From positions 15,500,001-15,564,000 of the forward strand of contig CM060733.1 in NCBI GenBank assembly GCA_030704615.1: a stretch of DNA of 64,000 nt. The letters run 5' to 3'. The stretch comes from Takakia lepidozioides. Taxonomy: Eukaryota; Plantae; Bryophyta. The translations under genes were made by a program, and so were the position numbers. Position 1 is the first letter of the stretch. Every line of letters starts with the position of its first letter. Below, piece by piece: positions 1-12,434 of this stretch. The notes under the pieces were generated by a model that searched no databases, was not told the DNA's origin, and was given only the letters and a program-made list of their open reading frames with translations.

Positions 1-311
1 GAGAGGGGGTTGTTCTTCATCCACGAGCGCGCCAATGGGCCCGCAAGCTAACTGCGGTTAAGTCGGAAAGAGGAGGGAGGGGGGCAGCCATAGCCAGGCT
101 GCTCACCGAGCTTCTCGCACACATTCTGCTTCGCACGGGGGCTTGTCAGGACGAGACTCTCCCGCAGATTGAGACCTGCAATTGCAGTTTAGTTGACAAG
201 GGAGAGGTCCGGATCGTGAGGGGGGTCCTAAACTGGTTGAGAGTTGAGAGGTTACTGCGGGATGAGTGTTATAGTTGACTTGCCCTACTCCAACAGCTGT
301 GGTACCTTGGA

Positions 312-633
312 GTAGAGAGTGTGGGCAGATCTCGCGGAGGAGCATTGCCCAGGGTTGAATGGGGTGAAGAGCTTTGGTAGAGAGAACGTGTGTGGTGTTG
401 AGTTATGTTCACCCGAGACTTGTGCAGGGGGGATGGACATTACTAGGTATTTGAAAGCAAGTGGAGGTTCCGGTAGAGAGTGTGGGCAGATCTCGCGGAG
501 GAGCATTGCCCAGGGTTTGAATGGGGTGAAGAGCTTTGGTAGAGAGAACGTGTGTGGTGTTGAGTTATGTTCACCCGAGACTTGTGCAGGGGGGATGGAC
601 ATACTAGGTATTTGAAAGCAAGTGGAGGTTCCG
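312..633. repeat. Near-perfect tandem duplication, 2 x ~161 bp, upstream of the F-box/kelch start codon
   Basis: GTAGAGAGTGTGGGCAGATCTCGCGGAGG...GAAAGCAAGTGGAGGTTCCG occurs at ~312-472 and again at ~473-633 with few differences. Confidence 0.92.
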
Positions 634-837
634 GCCTGCTTGAGAGTCGGACTTCATTCAGCTGCCTGCGATCGTTGAGTACTTGGCCAAGAAGACTCTT
701 TTTCTGTCTAGGCTTGGTGGCGTGTTATGAGATGTGTTTTCATAGACGATTGTCGGCCAATGAGTTGTCTACAGCCGATTGGAATCTTGGTTGCTTACAG
801 GAGTGTTTTCTGACGAATCCGGGAAGTATGCTGGTAG

Positions 838-3294
838 ATGAGGGTCATCACTGCATCCGCCATGCATCGAAGTAGTATTCATCCTGCACAGGTAAGAGGG
901 AAAGGGGCTTCTGCTTATACTATCCAGAGTTAGTGAGGAAGCTGCATTCTCCCTTATACTTCCTTCTGATTGGACTTCTGCAGGTTGAGACTGCGGCCTG
1001 CTACTGTGGGGGAGTGGACGCGGGCCTCTCAGTTGGAGCAAGGAGATTTGTGCCTGGGCGCACAGTGGGCCACTGTGTCCGACCTGATATTAAATCTGCT
1101 ATTGTCCTTCCCAAGACTCGCCCCACAAGAGGCGAGCGGAATCGACCTCCTTCAGAACTACTGCCGGGCCTTCCTGACGATCTTGCTATTGCATGCTTGA
1201 TACGTGTGCCACGTTTCTATCATCCGAAGCTTCGGGCGGTCTGCAAAAGATGGTATCGACTCTTATCTGGCAACTTCTTCTATTCTCTGCGCAAAAGCCT
1301 AGGCATGGCCGAGGAGTGGATTTATGTCATCAAACGCGACCGTGATAACCGCATCTCTTGGCATGCATTCGATCCCAGGTATCAGTCAAGAGGATTATTT
1401 TCATTTTAGATTCCAGCTTATTTGTCATTGATCCAGTGAGAGGTTTCACTCAAGGATGCATACGCAGAACCTTCAAGATGGATGCAAATAAACTTGACCT
1501 AGATCCCTACGGGTTGAGTGAGGTGGGCCTTTCACCAACTGCTTTGGTTATTGAGAGACAACACGGAGGGAGGGGCTGGTTTGGATGACTCTAGTTTGGC
1601 ACTTGTCCTGGTGGCAATGTAGCCTAGGTGTTCCCTTCAGCTGCTGTATGGTAGCGGAATTCTTAGGGGTGGATTGACAAAATAGAGCTGTTCCCTTAGT
1701 ACGGGCTGAGGCTCATCTGCAGTTCCAAATCTTCAGAGATTGGCAAGATGTACCTTTATCAACTTCTGCATTTTGGGGGTAAACATCATCACCTTTGTAG
1801 TCTTGGAAGCATTCTCTCTCCCCAATTTTGTATGGATGAGCTAGCCTTGATAGCCTGGAAAAGTGTGGAACACAAGCATGAAGGGTGCCACAGCAAACAC
1901 TCAAAGGCTCATGTTCTCACATGTGGAATGTTGCAGAACAATGTTTGCTATCTCTCTCTCGGAAGAAACCTCGCCTTTTAGACTACTGGTCATAGGCTTT
2001 CTCTTCATTTTAAATGCTGGCACTACCACATGGTATAGGGCCAGAGCGTTGCTTGTTACAGAGGAAGTCAGATTGAAAGTTACACAGGATCCTTATGCTT
2101 GACAATGGTGGTCACCATTCTACAGGCCATAGCAGCAATTGCTTGCAATCACAGGGGAGAGAGAGAGAGAGAGAGAGACCCATTCTTCATTCTGGAGCTT
2201 GACTTTGCCCCCAGAGAGCAGATCATAATTGTATAAAATGTGGATCCAGGTACCAACTGTGGCAGGCCCTGCCACCTGTGCCGGTGGAGTACTGTGAAGC
2301 TCTTGGCTTTGGATGTGCCGTTCTGAGTGGGTGCCATCTTTACCTCTTTGGCGGCAAGGACCCAATGAAGGGGTCAATGCGCCGAGTGGTCTACTACAGT
2401 GCTCGAACAAACAAGTGGCATCGTGCACCAGATATGCAGCGACGGCGGCATTTCTTTGGCTGTTGTGTGATTAACAACTGCCTTTACGTAGCAGGTGGGG
2501 AGTGTGAGGGAATCCAAAGATCCCTCCGGTCAGCTGAGATGTATGACCCGAACAAGAACAAGTGGTCCTTCATCTCTGACATGAGCACAGCCATGGTGCC
2601 TTTCATAGGAGTGGTATATGGGGGCAGGTCAGTGATCTAGTTGTTTAGACCATTCCATCCACTTTTGGCTTATGTATGTGTCTTGTACTAGTTCGCTTCA
2701 TTCATTGATCTGTGTAGCTACTCAGACCTCTGTTTGCAGTTTGTGCAGTAGACTAGGTGTGATATATCTGATTAGTAAGGAATGTCTATTCACATACACC
2801 ATTTGTACAGGTGGTTCCTCAAGGGCCTGGGGTCACATCGGCAGGTGATGAGTGAGGTGTATGTTCCTGCCACCAATCATTGGGCCCCAATCATTGATGG
2901 AATGGTGTCTGGATGGCGCAATCCAAGTGTTACTCTTAATGGTCAGCTCTATGCATTAGATTGCAAGGATGGATGCAAGCTACGTGTATATGACCGTTCC
3001 GGTGATGCCTGGAGCCGGTCAGTTGATAGTAGGCTTCACCTGGGAAGCTCTCGAGCCATGGAGGCTGCTGCATTGCTGTCCTTGGGTGGCAAACTTTGCA
3101 TTATACGCAACAACATGAGTATCACCCTAGTGGATGTGGCCAATGCTGACAATCCCTTAAAACAGGGGCAGTTATGGGAGACAATTTCCGGGAAGGGTCA
3201 GTTCAAGTCATTCGTGACCAACCTATGGTCCAATCTCGCTGGCCGAAATCGGCTAAAATCGCACATTGTGCACTGCCAAGTGCTGCAAGCCTGA
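838..3294 (+). CDS. F-box/kelch-repeat protein (At1g55270/SAGL1-like); join(838..891,984..1378,2250..2627,2811..3294), 436 aa
   Basis: F-box motif LLPGLPDDLAIACLIRVP; kelch repeats (GCHLYLFGG, NNCLYVAGGECEG); C-terminal KSHIVHCQVLQA typical of this subfamily. All three introns are GT..AG and the spliced length (1311 nt) is in frame. The start could instead be the in-frame ATG at 862. Confidence 0.93.
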
Positions 3295-4743
3295 GCTCTA
3301 GCAGAGTTGGGCAACAGCTGGCTGTATAATTTATCTCATTCTTTCTTTGCCCCTTCAGCTCCCATGATTTACAAACCCAGCTGGGAGACTTTTTCGTGTC
3401 CTGCAGGATAGATGCCGCAGCTGCCATTCTTCGAGTAGAAGGCGTCTGTTGCCTTGGTCCTGAACACAAACACCTTGTGCTTGGTACTATAAGTGATGTA
3501 CCGCAATTTAGATATGGCTAATTACCGCATATTGAAAAACTGAATCTGGCAGGAACAATGTCAAACATTTCACAAGAAGTTACCCTTAAGAAGCTACACT
3601 TGGAGTTTTAAAAGTTCAGTTCATTTCTGCTGCTGCACAGTGATGCGGCGAAGGTGGCCTCCAACCTTCCTCCTTGTGCATGCTGGCAGGTTTTTGCTGT
3701 ATACTAGACTCTTTCTTCATTTTAATGGAAATTGGAAAGGTTGAACGACTTGTGACTCAGAAAACTCTGGACTCTTGAGTAAGCTGGTAGCATTCATGCA
3801 TCTATTACCAGCAAAATAGAAAGCATATGTCATCCCGGCCTCAGTAGGTCTCTTCTCTGCCATGCTCCTCCTTATTAGTTGATGTCTGGTCTGGATTCTG
3901 AACGCTTGGAAGACATTTATTCACACATGCTTCTTCCAGTAGCCATGAGGAGCTGAACGCTTGAAAGACAGTTTTTCAGACATGCTTCTTCGAGTAGCCA
4001 AGAGGAAAGTTGAGTTCTATGTAAAGGACAAAGCACTTCATCAACCTAACCTGCTTGATTGTTGGCTGACGGGTGAGCAGCCACGGTCGTTACAGACAGG
4101 CAGTTAGCAGGTTCTGTAGAATTATCAAGCTCTCCTAGTTATCAAGTTCAGAAGCTTCATCACGAACATCCGTTACGCAAACGCGCACCCCAAAGAAGAA
4201 CGCAGGCGAAGGAGACTAATTTGATACGTTCCGAACGAGCAATTTCTCACTACCTACCGTCACGAGACTTCAACCACAGCAGCGTGTGAACACCAAGGGT
4301 TTGATGGGGGGCGCCACATGAGGGGGCCGTGAAGCGAGGGAGGGCCAGCAGCCAGCGGTCTGCACACGCCCAGCGATGAACACGCTTTGCCGTATCGCCG
4401 CCACAGATTAGGGTAACTTATTTAGGGTTATTCACCACCCTAAACGAGATGCTTAAGAAACGGAGTGAGAAAAACTACCATTATGCTTCCACTCCCATTA
4501 CCAGATGATTCACAGCAAACAACACTGCTACATCAAAACGGAATGCTAATCTACCGTTAAGTGTCATTAGCGGCCCTAAGCAAGGGGGCAGAGAACAGAA
4601 TAGTAGAGAAGGCGAGGGTCAAAAGGCGCAGCGAGGGCCACGCGCTATGAGCGCGCTCTGTGTCCTTCCCTTTTCCTTCTTCCGCTCCTGCGCTGGAGCC
4701 TCTCCAGCGCTTCGGACAGCCTGGTCTGCATTGCTATGGCCGC

Positions 4744-4751
4744 TTATAATA
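4744..4751 (+). promoter_or_regulatory. Putative TATA box of the DIC gene
   Basis: TTATAATA followed by a CT-rich leader, ~320 bp upstream of the ATG at 5064. Confidence 0.4.
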
Positions 4752-5063
4752 CCCCGCATCCTGCTCAGTTAAGCACATCTTGTTCTTGTTCATCTTGTTC
4801 CTCTTCTTCTTCTTCATCCTCTCTATTTGTCCCAGACAAGGAGTTGCCTTTCATGTGTCCCGCTTGGTCTTCTTCGACTAGTTTGCCTATAAGTTTAGGC
4901 AAGTTGGAAGAGTTTCGCATGTGCTTCAACCATCGGGAGGGCTATAGGCTGCGAGTGTTTGATTTTGAGGAGTTAACGAGAGTGCATCTTTTGCACACGG
5001 CGTGTGCTGAAGGTTCTTGTTGAGAGCGGAGCGAGAGAAGAGAGAAAAGGTTGAAGAGAAAGG

Positions 5064-5987
5064 ATGGAGTGGAAGGGATTTGCTGAAGGCGGAGTTGCTG
5101 CTATGATAGCGGGATCTGTGACGCATCCGTTGGACCTGATCAAAGTCCGCATGCAGCTACAAGGGGAGGTGGCTGTGCCGGCGCTTGCGTATGCTGGCCA
5201 TGCTAGGCCGGCGGTCGCAATGGCTCGCAGTAGCCCTTTCACAGTGGGCATGAAGGTTGTGCAAACGGAGGGGCTATGTGCATTGTATTCTGGAGTGTCG
5301 GCAACTGTCTTGCGACAACTTCTCTACTCCTCAACACGAATGGGATTGTATGAGCATCTGAAGCATGAGTGGCGGGATTCTAACCAGGAAGGGACTGGCC
5401 TTCCCCTGCACAAGAAAGTGACTGCGGCGCTTGTTGCTGGTGCAGCAGGTGCTGCGGTTGGCAACCCTGCAGATCTTGCTATGGTGCGAATGCAGGCAGA
5501 TGGCAGGCTCCCTTTTCATGAAAGAAGAAACTACACTGGTGTTGGAAATGCACTGGGGCGAATGGTGAGACAGGATGGTTTGCTGTCTCTTTGGACTGGA
5601 TCTTCCCTCACCGTCCATCGCGCAATGCTAGTGACCGCAGCACAACTCGCCACTTACGACCAGATTAAAGATACGATCACTGCAAACAGACTTGTAGAGG
5701 ATAAATTTACAACACAGGTGGTGGCGAGCTGCTGTGCAGGAGTACTGGCATCAGTAGCGTCAAATCCTATCGATGTCGTCAAGACCAGGGTCATGAATAT
5801 GAAGGCGGAGCCTGGCCAAGCTCCACCATACCGGGGTGCTCTAGATTGTGCTGTGAAGACTGTGCGCTCAGAGGGTCCCATGGCATTGTACAAGGGCTTT
5901 ATCCCGACTGTCACTCGACAGGGCCCCTTTGCCATCGTTCTATTTCTCTCTTTAGAACAAATCAAGAAAGTGTTTGAGGATGTTTGA
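5064..5987 (+). CDS. DIC: Mitochondrial dicarboxylate carrier / uncoupling protein 4-5-like (SLC25 family), intronless, 307 aa
   Basis: Three carrier signatures PxDxxKxR (HPLDLIKVRMQ, NPADLAMVRMQ, NPIDVVKTRVM); plant DIC hallmarks GNPADLAMVRMQADGRLP and LYKGFIPTVTRQGPF. Confidence 0.95.
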   Translation: MEWKGFAEGGVAAMIAGSVTHPLDLIKVRMQLQGEVAVPALAYAGHARPAVAMARSSPFTVGMKVVQTEGLCALYSGVSATVLRQLLYSSTRMGLYEHLKHEWRDSNQEGTGLPLHKKVTAALVAGAAGAAVGNPADLAMVRMQADGRLPFHERRNYTGVGNALGRMVRQDGLLSLWTGSSLTVHRAMLVTAAQLATYDQIKDTITANRLVEDKFTTQVVASCCAGVLASVASNPIDVVKTRVMNMKAEPGQAPPYRGALDCAVKTVRSEGPMALYKGFIPTVTRQGPFAIVLFLSLEQIKKVFEDV

Positions 5988-7457
5988 GTTGATTTGCCAT
6001 ACGCCCAAGAACCTGTTTCAGGGCTGCAAAGCGGACCTTGATAGTATCTCTTGCAATGTGGTCGTCTCCAACATCATAGTCCTGGTTCTTCGTAGAGCCT
6101 GACGTCGAATAACTCCATTTTTGCCGGACTGTAGCCATGGTATACTCATCATTTTTCGCCCCTACTCAATGTATTGGGAGCCTACAGTAGCGTAATCTTA
6201 TTTCTCTGCCCCTCAACACAGGGGTCACCAATTTAATCTCATAATGGATTCATTCACTGTTACTTCTGGGGATTGTCGATATCGTGTGAGATTCATCTTG
6301 TGCATGTCTTCAGTTGTGATGGCCTGAATCATGAGTCCCTGCAGTGTACACCGCATTCCTCAAATTTATACTCTTTCACACAGGATATTGGCTACTACGT
6401 CTGCACACCTCTGCTAAGCCCGCGATCTAGTCCTTAATACTACATTGATAGATCTATGGTCCAGTTCGGATTACGGTAGACCTGAGAATGGCAAGAAGTC
6501 TAAGCTTGTACAGGAAGAGAAGCAGCAGCATCGTTCATTCGCAGCATAATAGCTACCAATCTCTCCTGGGTTTGATACATGTCCTGATTCCATGTCTCCG
6601 CAGAGCCTTTCCTCTTCGTGAAGGTTCCCGACAAGATATGAGAGGATTTGGTTTGACGACACAGCTGGGACCATCTTCCCCCATCCCATTTGACTCCAGT
6701 GTAGGTTTATCTCTCAGCACTTACCCTGTCCTGGAACTCTCTTGATCTCATGCAAACAAGCTTAATGTTTTCGAAGTGCATAATGAAGTCGCCAATGACG
6801 GCTTTCGTCAATAAAAGACATAGAAGAAGAAGACCTTTTCCTCCGCTGCCTTCAAGTGTTCCAGTGGGGCTAGGAGCTTCTGGTCAACCAGAATGTTTCC
6901 AGTCTTCAGGTGTGGAAGGCAGAAGAGTGGGCCCAGGCCCCACACACAGCCTTCTACTGCGTATATGCGGACACTTGGAAGGAAAGCAACTATTGAAATT
7001 GACACACGCTCTACTTTGTGTGGGATCAGCTTCTTCTTCTGCGATCCCCCGAGTGTTGTAAAGATCGGGTGACTTGATTCAGGTATTCTGAATTAGTATT
7101 TGGTTTGTGGGCTTTCTATTTTCTACATCTCTGTCTTCATAGGTTTCAACGTTCTTTTGTCCCAGATTCCAAACTCTGACTTCCCCTTTGTACTGAGCTA
7201 CTGCATTTGGATTCCCATCTCGCTATTTCTGCGATTACATCGGTCATTCTCGCCATAGTATATTTTCCGTAAGCTTTCTCTCTATATGCTCTCCCAGCCG
7301 AATCAATTTTTTTCCCTCAAAATCGCTGGTTTCACGATCTCTTGGTATGCGCGGGTCTCCAACTTCTAGACTGTCTGACTGAAATTCTTGATAGAATCTT
7401 ACAGCCCGATTACCCGTCTGCAGCTCTATCTCCCTCTCTTATAACGTTATAAAGCAC

Positions 7458-7851
7458 CATTTCATTTCATTTCTTCTAAGGGCTTTGGGAAGGTTTAGGG
7501 GTGGTCTTTCAGGTAGAGACTCGTAGGTGGGACGATGTGCCGGTGCCCCCCTTGCTCTGGGATGGCAGGAGGGAATTGAAAATGAAGAACATTTCATCCT
7601 TCACTGTCCTTCCTTCCTCGAGATCCGGGGGGGATACTATTGTCCCGAAATAGGGAATCTCTCACAGACTTCTCCCACTACCAGGATCAGAAATGATTGC
7701 AATATGTCTACATGAGGCTTTGTCAATCCCTTTATCAATAGTTGTTTTTGGGCTGTTGTTGAGTGCCCGACTCTCTTTCTTGTTCTTTCTCTTGTCCCTA
7801 AAGCTCTTTGAGCTTTGTACGGACGCTACAAGGAATCATTTCATTTCATTT
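7458..7851 (+). mobile_element. 5'-truncated non-LTR retrotransposon 3' end (RTE/RTEX-like) with (CATTT)n tail
   Basis: Degenerate LQVETRRW...IENEEHFILHCPSFLEIR (C-terminal zinc-knuckle region of LINE ORF2). CATTTCATTTCATTT is present at both ends. Confidence 0.6.
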
Positions 7852-8079
7852 CCCTCTCTTCCTCATCCCCCGTTCTGTCCGCCCAGTGCTTGACCATTGT
7901 CTTTGTCTGTATGGAGTGGTAATCTCCTTCCTTGACTAATGGACTGCGGCAAAGAGCCAGACTCTCATACATACCCCAACTTGTCCATAACATTCCTCTC
8001 TCAATCAAATATTCACGAGCATGAGTTCCCCCTACTTGGAGTTTTTGAACAAATAAATGGCACAGTCAAGTTGATCTCC

Positions 8080-10271
8080 AGAGTGCCAGCATCAGTATGA
8101 TTGAGGCTGATAGCATTGAGTCCTTGGAGCAGTACAACCAACCTCTCATCAATTTGATATGATCTTTGGGTTCATATCTCCATCATTTAAGGTGACAGTT
8201 ACCTGCATACTTCTGGAATTGACTTGTGAGCAGGTCTTCTTGCTACTGTAGTGTATATTTATAAAATCTCAGACTAGGCCCAAGTCTGTTTAGGTGACAG
8301 CTTTCTGTTGTTTGGGATTAGGGGCCTTAACCTATGGAGACAGATGGTCCAGGTCTGATATCGCACATTATTTGGTGTCAAACAGAGGTCAATACTCTAT
8401 ACTCACTATCAAGTTAAGGATGAAGGATGATCCATAAATATGTTCACATGAGCATTGCAACCAGGACTGCCAATTACCCTCAATCCATGCTTATCAGGTG
8501 GGACTACACTTAGCAATGTGTTTTACATATGAACCTGTGTCTAATTGAGTTTATGGTTAGGTTTCGAACCCCTCACTACTTAAAAGCTCATCTGAGGTTA
8601 CATCACCAATCTGGACACTTGAGTGACATAATCATGTGCAGCAGATAATACTGGTGGGCCACAGCATGGGAGGTGCAAGCGTGGCAGGAGCATCAGAGCT
8701 AAGATAGTAGTTGCTGTCTACATTGCTGCTGGTATGTATGTGAGTGTGGTGTCATTTACTCACATTGCAGAGGAGGTAGCTGTCCTCTTTTTCTTATTCA
8801 ACCCTAGCCATTCTTCTTAGGTTCTTCTATTGCACATTGAATTGGAATTTCTATTCAGAATTTTGAACTTTCCTCCGCACCATTGCCTTGACCATAAGGA
8901 AAGCATGGGTGCAACCATGGAACATTATGAAACACGGATTAGACTTGGGCCCTGAGGTCAACAGATGAAGCAAAGAACGTGAAAGGGAGACAGTAGTTGG
9001 AAATAAACTGAAGATGAGAGTGGTCAGTTGGCAATACAGACAAACTGAAACTCCCTGTAAGCCTACATGAGCCTTGTATGCATGTATGTGGCGGGTATGG
9101 AGCCTAATCAATGAGGCTTTCATGAGATAGCTCCACTTGGAGTCCCAGTACCCACCACCTGAAAAACTAGCATCTTCTTCCTGGTACAGTTTCAGTCAGA
9201 TGATTGGCCATTGACAAAGAATGTGCATATTAAGTTCGGCAAAGGTGTTGACCGCCCTCCAACCTCATGCCAAAGATTTCTTGAGATGTCTGCTACAATA
9301 TGAGCCCCTCTGAGGTGAGTCTCTAAACGCAGGGCAAATGCTTTATCTTAGTCTGTTCATCCCAAATTTACACCAACATTGGCCATGGCTCGTTTGGAAA
9401 TTATGCCCAACTTCGCATTGGCTTTAGTGCCCTAATCACTCAGCTTTTTTTCAGACTTGTTTTGGATTGGTGTAGTCTGAGTGTCAAGCACTGCACATAC
9501 CAGAGTGAAGAAGGAGGCCAGCCAATGGCAGACAAAGTGACAATTATGTTAGGTGCAGATATGTGGTGTTCAGAAATATATTTGGGTACAATTGGCTGCT
9601 TACTAACTTCTTCATACCTAGTGCCAGAATGCTTTGCACAAGAGTGTATCATATGAAAGGTGTCATGGACAGCGACTACGAAAACTATACTGAAAGTGGG
9701 AAAACTCGACAACTTCAGATTTTGAGTTCTTTCAGATCTATGTTGCTTGATTTCAAACCAGTTGCATTCAACCCACTAGGGCTAAGAAGCAGATTAGGAG
9801 CACAAGGCGTTACATTTTTTTTTCCTACGGGAGTAGGTCTGACCATAGGTAAGTTCGGATGAGGTACTGTCAGACTGGCAAGGTTTTTACAACTGTTACA
9901 AATGTTGGACGTGTGTTTTTGGGGGCAGGATGTCGCTCTGTAATTATTGCTGATGAGACCAAATCCACAGCGCGGTGACATGGATGCCACCATCTTCACA
10001 TCGGAAGAATATGGCAGCATTCCCCGAATCTACATGCGAGCTGCACAGGACAAGTGTGTAACCCCAGAGTTACAGGATGTTTACATCTCAAAGACACCCA
10101 CCTGAAAAGGTCCGTACTTTGGATGTAGACCATTCCCCCTTCTTATCTGCAACTCTGGAACTCCATCAGCATCTTTTGGACATTGTGGCTACATACACAA
10201 ACTCTCTTGACCAGAAATTGTACCTTCAGCTGGATAACTACAGTAGGCAAGATCGAGCTGCCTATGATTAG
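8080..10271 (+). pseudogene. Methylesterase (MES/SABP2-like alpha/beta hydrolase) pseudogene
   Basis: Exon fragments read SIESLEQYNQPLIN (~8115), IILVGHSMGGASV (8645; GxSxG nucleophile), KIVVAVYIAA, YGSIPRIYMRAAQDK (~10010) and PPEKVRTLDVDHSPFLS (catalytic His). There is an in-frame TAA at ~9941 and frameshifts near 8700 and 10090. Confidence 0.8.
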
Positions 10272-10940
10272 TTGGATCCAGCTTGAGGTGGGTACAACAC
10301 AAGGAATACAGAGAACACTCGTGCCAGAGATATATGAGGGGAAGGAACTCATAAAGGAGAGAATGTTGTATCCTGTTCTGCTGTGGGTGAGTAGAGGAAG
10401 AGCAAATACTGGAATACACATTTTTTACCTGTGCCAATAACATCGATATTCTACAGCAGATTCTATGACTCCAAAAGAAAAATTGCTTTGCCAAGGGTAA
10501 ATGGGAGGGAGAAGAAGACAAGATAACAATGGCCAGTATTTCTGTCCTCCAGCTTCCTTTTTCTATCAGGCAAATGATATAATGTCCAGAATTTGTGCAG
10601 CCATGGAAAGATCTTTCCCACTCCACAAAGACTGCCTGTTACTGCAAACAGTCACAATTATGGCCACAACAACCAGGTTAGGCCTTCCTCCTGTTCTGCA
10701 GTAGGTAGGATGGCGAGGTTGCCAGTCAACTTCCTTCTCCAAAGTGTTTTAGGAGCCTGATATTAGGGCTTTGTGCACAAGTTTCCGAAGTATGTCGAAG
10801 GCACCCACACAGGATTCGTCTGCCACAAAATGTGGTCATCCTCCAGTTTTGAAATACTAGTTGGTAAATCGAAGAAAGAGAAAACACAAACCAATTCAGC
10901 CCCACAACAATATCTAATCTTTGGAGAGGTTAAGGGCTCA

Positions 10941-11120
10941 TTCTCTCTCTCTCTCTCTCTGTCCCTCTCTCTCTCTCTCCACTTGATTCTCCTTTCTCTG
11001 CGGGTCCCCAGCCTGGATGACATTATGAAGTTTGTCCTTTCTTTCTCTCTCCATCCAAGGCTTGCACAAGCTATTAACTACTCTGTCTCTCTGTCTCTCT
11101 CTCCCTATCTCTCTCTCTGC
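10941..11120. repeat. (CT)n/(GA)n microsatellite cluster
   Basis: CTCTCT runs at 10943-10979 and 11081-11118, downstream of the minus-strand ORF. Confidence 0.85.
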
Positions 11121-11237
11121 CCACCCCCCAGAGGAGGTAGTCCCCACAAGGGGAAGTGGTTCAAATTTCTACTGGCTTCAGCCTGATTCTTCTCTCTTTC
11201 TTATTAAACAAGGTTATACTCCATGTCCATATCCTTC

Positions 11238-12434
11238 TCATTTTATACCAATCACAAGCTTGAGGAGTTCTAGTCCCTGCATGGCCTTGTCCATATCTGA
11301 GACATCCCCTGCCTCAGGCAAGTCGATGCCCACAATCTCACTCAAATCCTCCACCTCTTTCCAGAGAGAGCGTCCAGGTGTATGTTTGTGGCCTACAATC
11401 GTCATTATGATATCAATCTCTAACCGTAGTTGCATTTCAACATCAGTGGCAGATGACAGACTTCCAATTGAGCCCATGGGTGACGAAATTCCGGACAGTT
11501 CGTTCTCCCTCCAATAGTCCATTTGCGCCTCTGCCTCCCTTGCATCCTCATCCTTGTTCTCCTCATATTGAGGAGAGGATCCTAAGCCAAACCTCTCAGT
11601 AACGTCTACCTCCGAGAATGTATGCGTGGCAACTGATGCATAATCTGATGCTGCAGGAGAATCCGGGATATGGATTACATCAACCTCCTTGCGATCTGAA
11701 GGTACACCTGTGCGGGACAAATCCTCACCAACTGTGAGCCTATGATCTGCTTGTGCTTCTAAACTTTTAGAGCTACCTTCAGCCACAGCTACCTCAGCAG
11801 TGTCCGATCCTTCAGCGTGAGGACCGCCATCAGAGGCTACTTCGGAGCTCGATGTCTCATCTGTATCCTCTCCATCAGACTCAAATTCGGGGCTTGATTC
11901 CTCATCTGTGTCCTCATTTTCAGTGGTCAAAGTGACCTCGTCGGAGCTTGATACATCTGTTTCCTCTTCTTCTTCAGGCCCAAGATCGGAGACCTCTTGA
12001 GCACCCGTACCTGCTTCGACAACACGCTTCTCTTCCAGGAATTTCGCCATAACTTCTGGTACCTCGAATTGAGAAGACTCAATGTGATCTCCAGGCCCAG
12101 GCAGTGAAGAGGGAGAAGGTTCTCCCCTCAATGGCTTGATTGGCCGCCTTGTGGAGCGAGACCCACGCAAAGTGCGATATAAAATGCAGGCAACCATCCC
12201 CAACCCGAAGGGCACAATGAAGATCACCCCGAAGAACGACAACAACATAAGAACTGGAATCATGAATGGCAGTGAAGCTACAACAACCAACCACAGAGAC
12301 ACAGACTTGCTGCCCCGCCATAACCTGTTCACCACCGCACTCATCTCACTGGCAATCGACATGTCTCGGTGCGCAGGTACTCTAAATCCACAGGACCCTT
12401 TCATCCTAGTGCACAATTCCTTTTCAGCACTCAT
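11238..12434 (-). CDS. Uncharacterised 398-aa protein, putative SLDP-like (lipid-droplet-associated)
   Basis: Intact single ORF. It has a long Pro-containing hydrophobic segment (LWLVVVASLPFMIPVLMLLSFFGVIFIVPFGLGMVACILY), an acidic low-complexity middle and a C-terminal IVGH...EIVGIDLP...LELLKLVIGIK. The C-terminus resembles, from memory, Arabidopsis At5g36100/At1g65090. Confidence 0.7.
   Translation of the reverse strand: MSAEKELCTRMKGSCGFRVPAHRDMSIASEMSAVVNRLWRGSKSVSLWLVVVASLPFMIPVLMLLSFFGVIFIVPFGLGMVACILYRTLRGSRSTRRPIKPLRGEPSPSSLPGPGDHIESSQFEVPEVMAKFLEEKRVVEAGTGAQEVSDLGPEEEEETDVSSSDEVTLTTENEDTDEESSPEFESDGEDTDETSSSEVASDGGPHAEGSDTAEVAVAEGSSKSLEAQADHRLTVGEDLSRTGVPSDRKEVDVIHIPDSPAASDYASVATHTFSEVDVTERFGLGSSPQYEENKDEDAREAEAQMDYWRENELSGISSPMGSIGSLSSATDVEMQLRLEIDIIMTIVGHKHTPGRSLWKEVEDLSEIVGIDLPEAGDVSDMDKAMQGLELLKLVIGIK

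Noticed and set aside
6450-7060. Possible kinase remnant (HLKTGNILVDQKL) on the minus strand
   Set aside because: Only one weak motif; no other kinase subdomains found.
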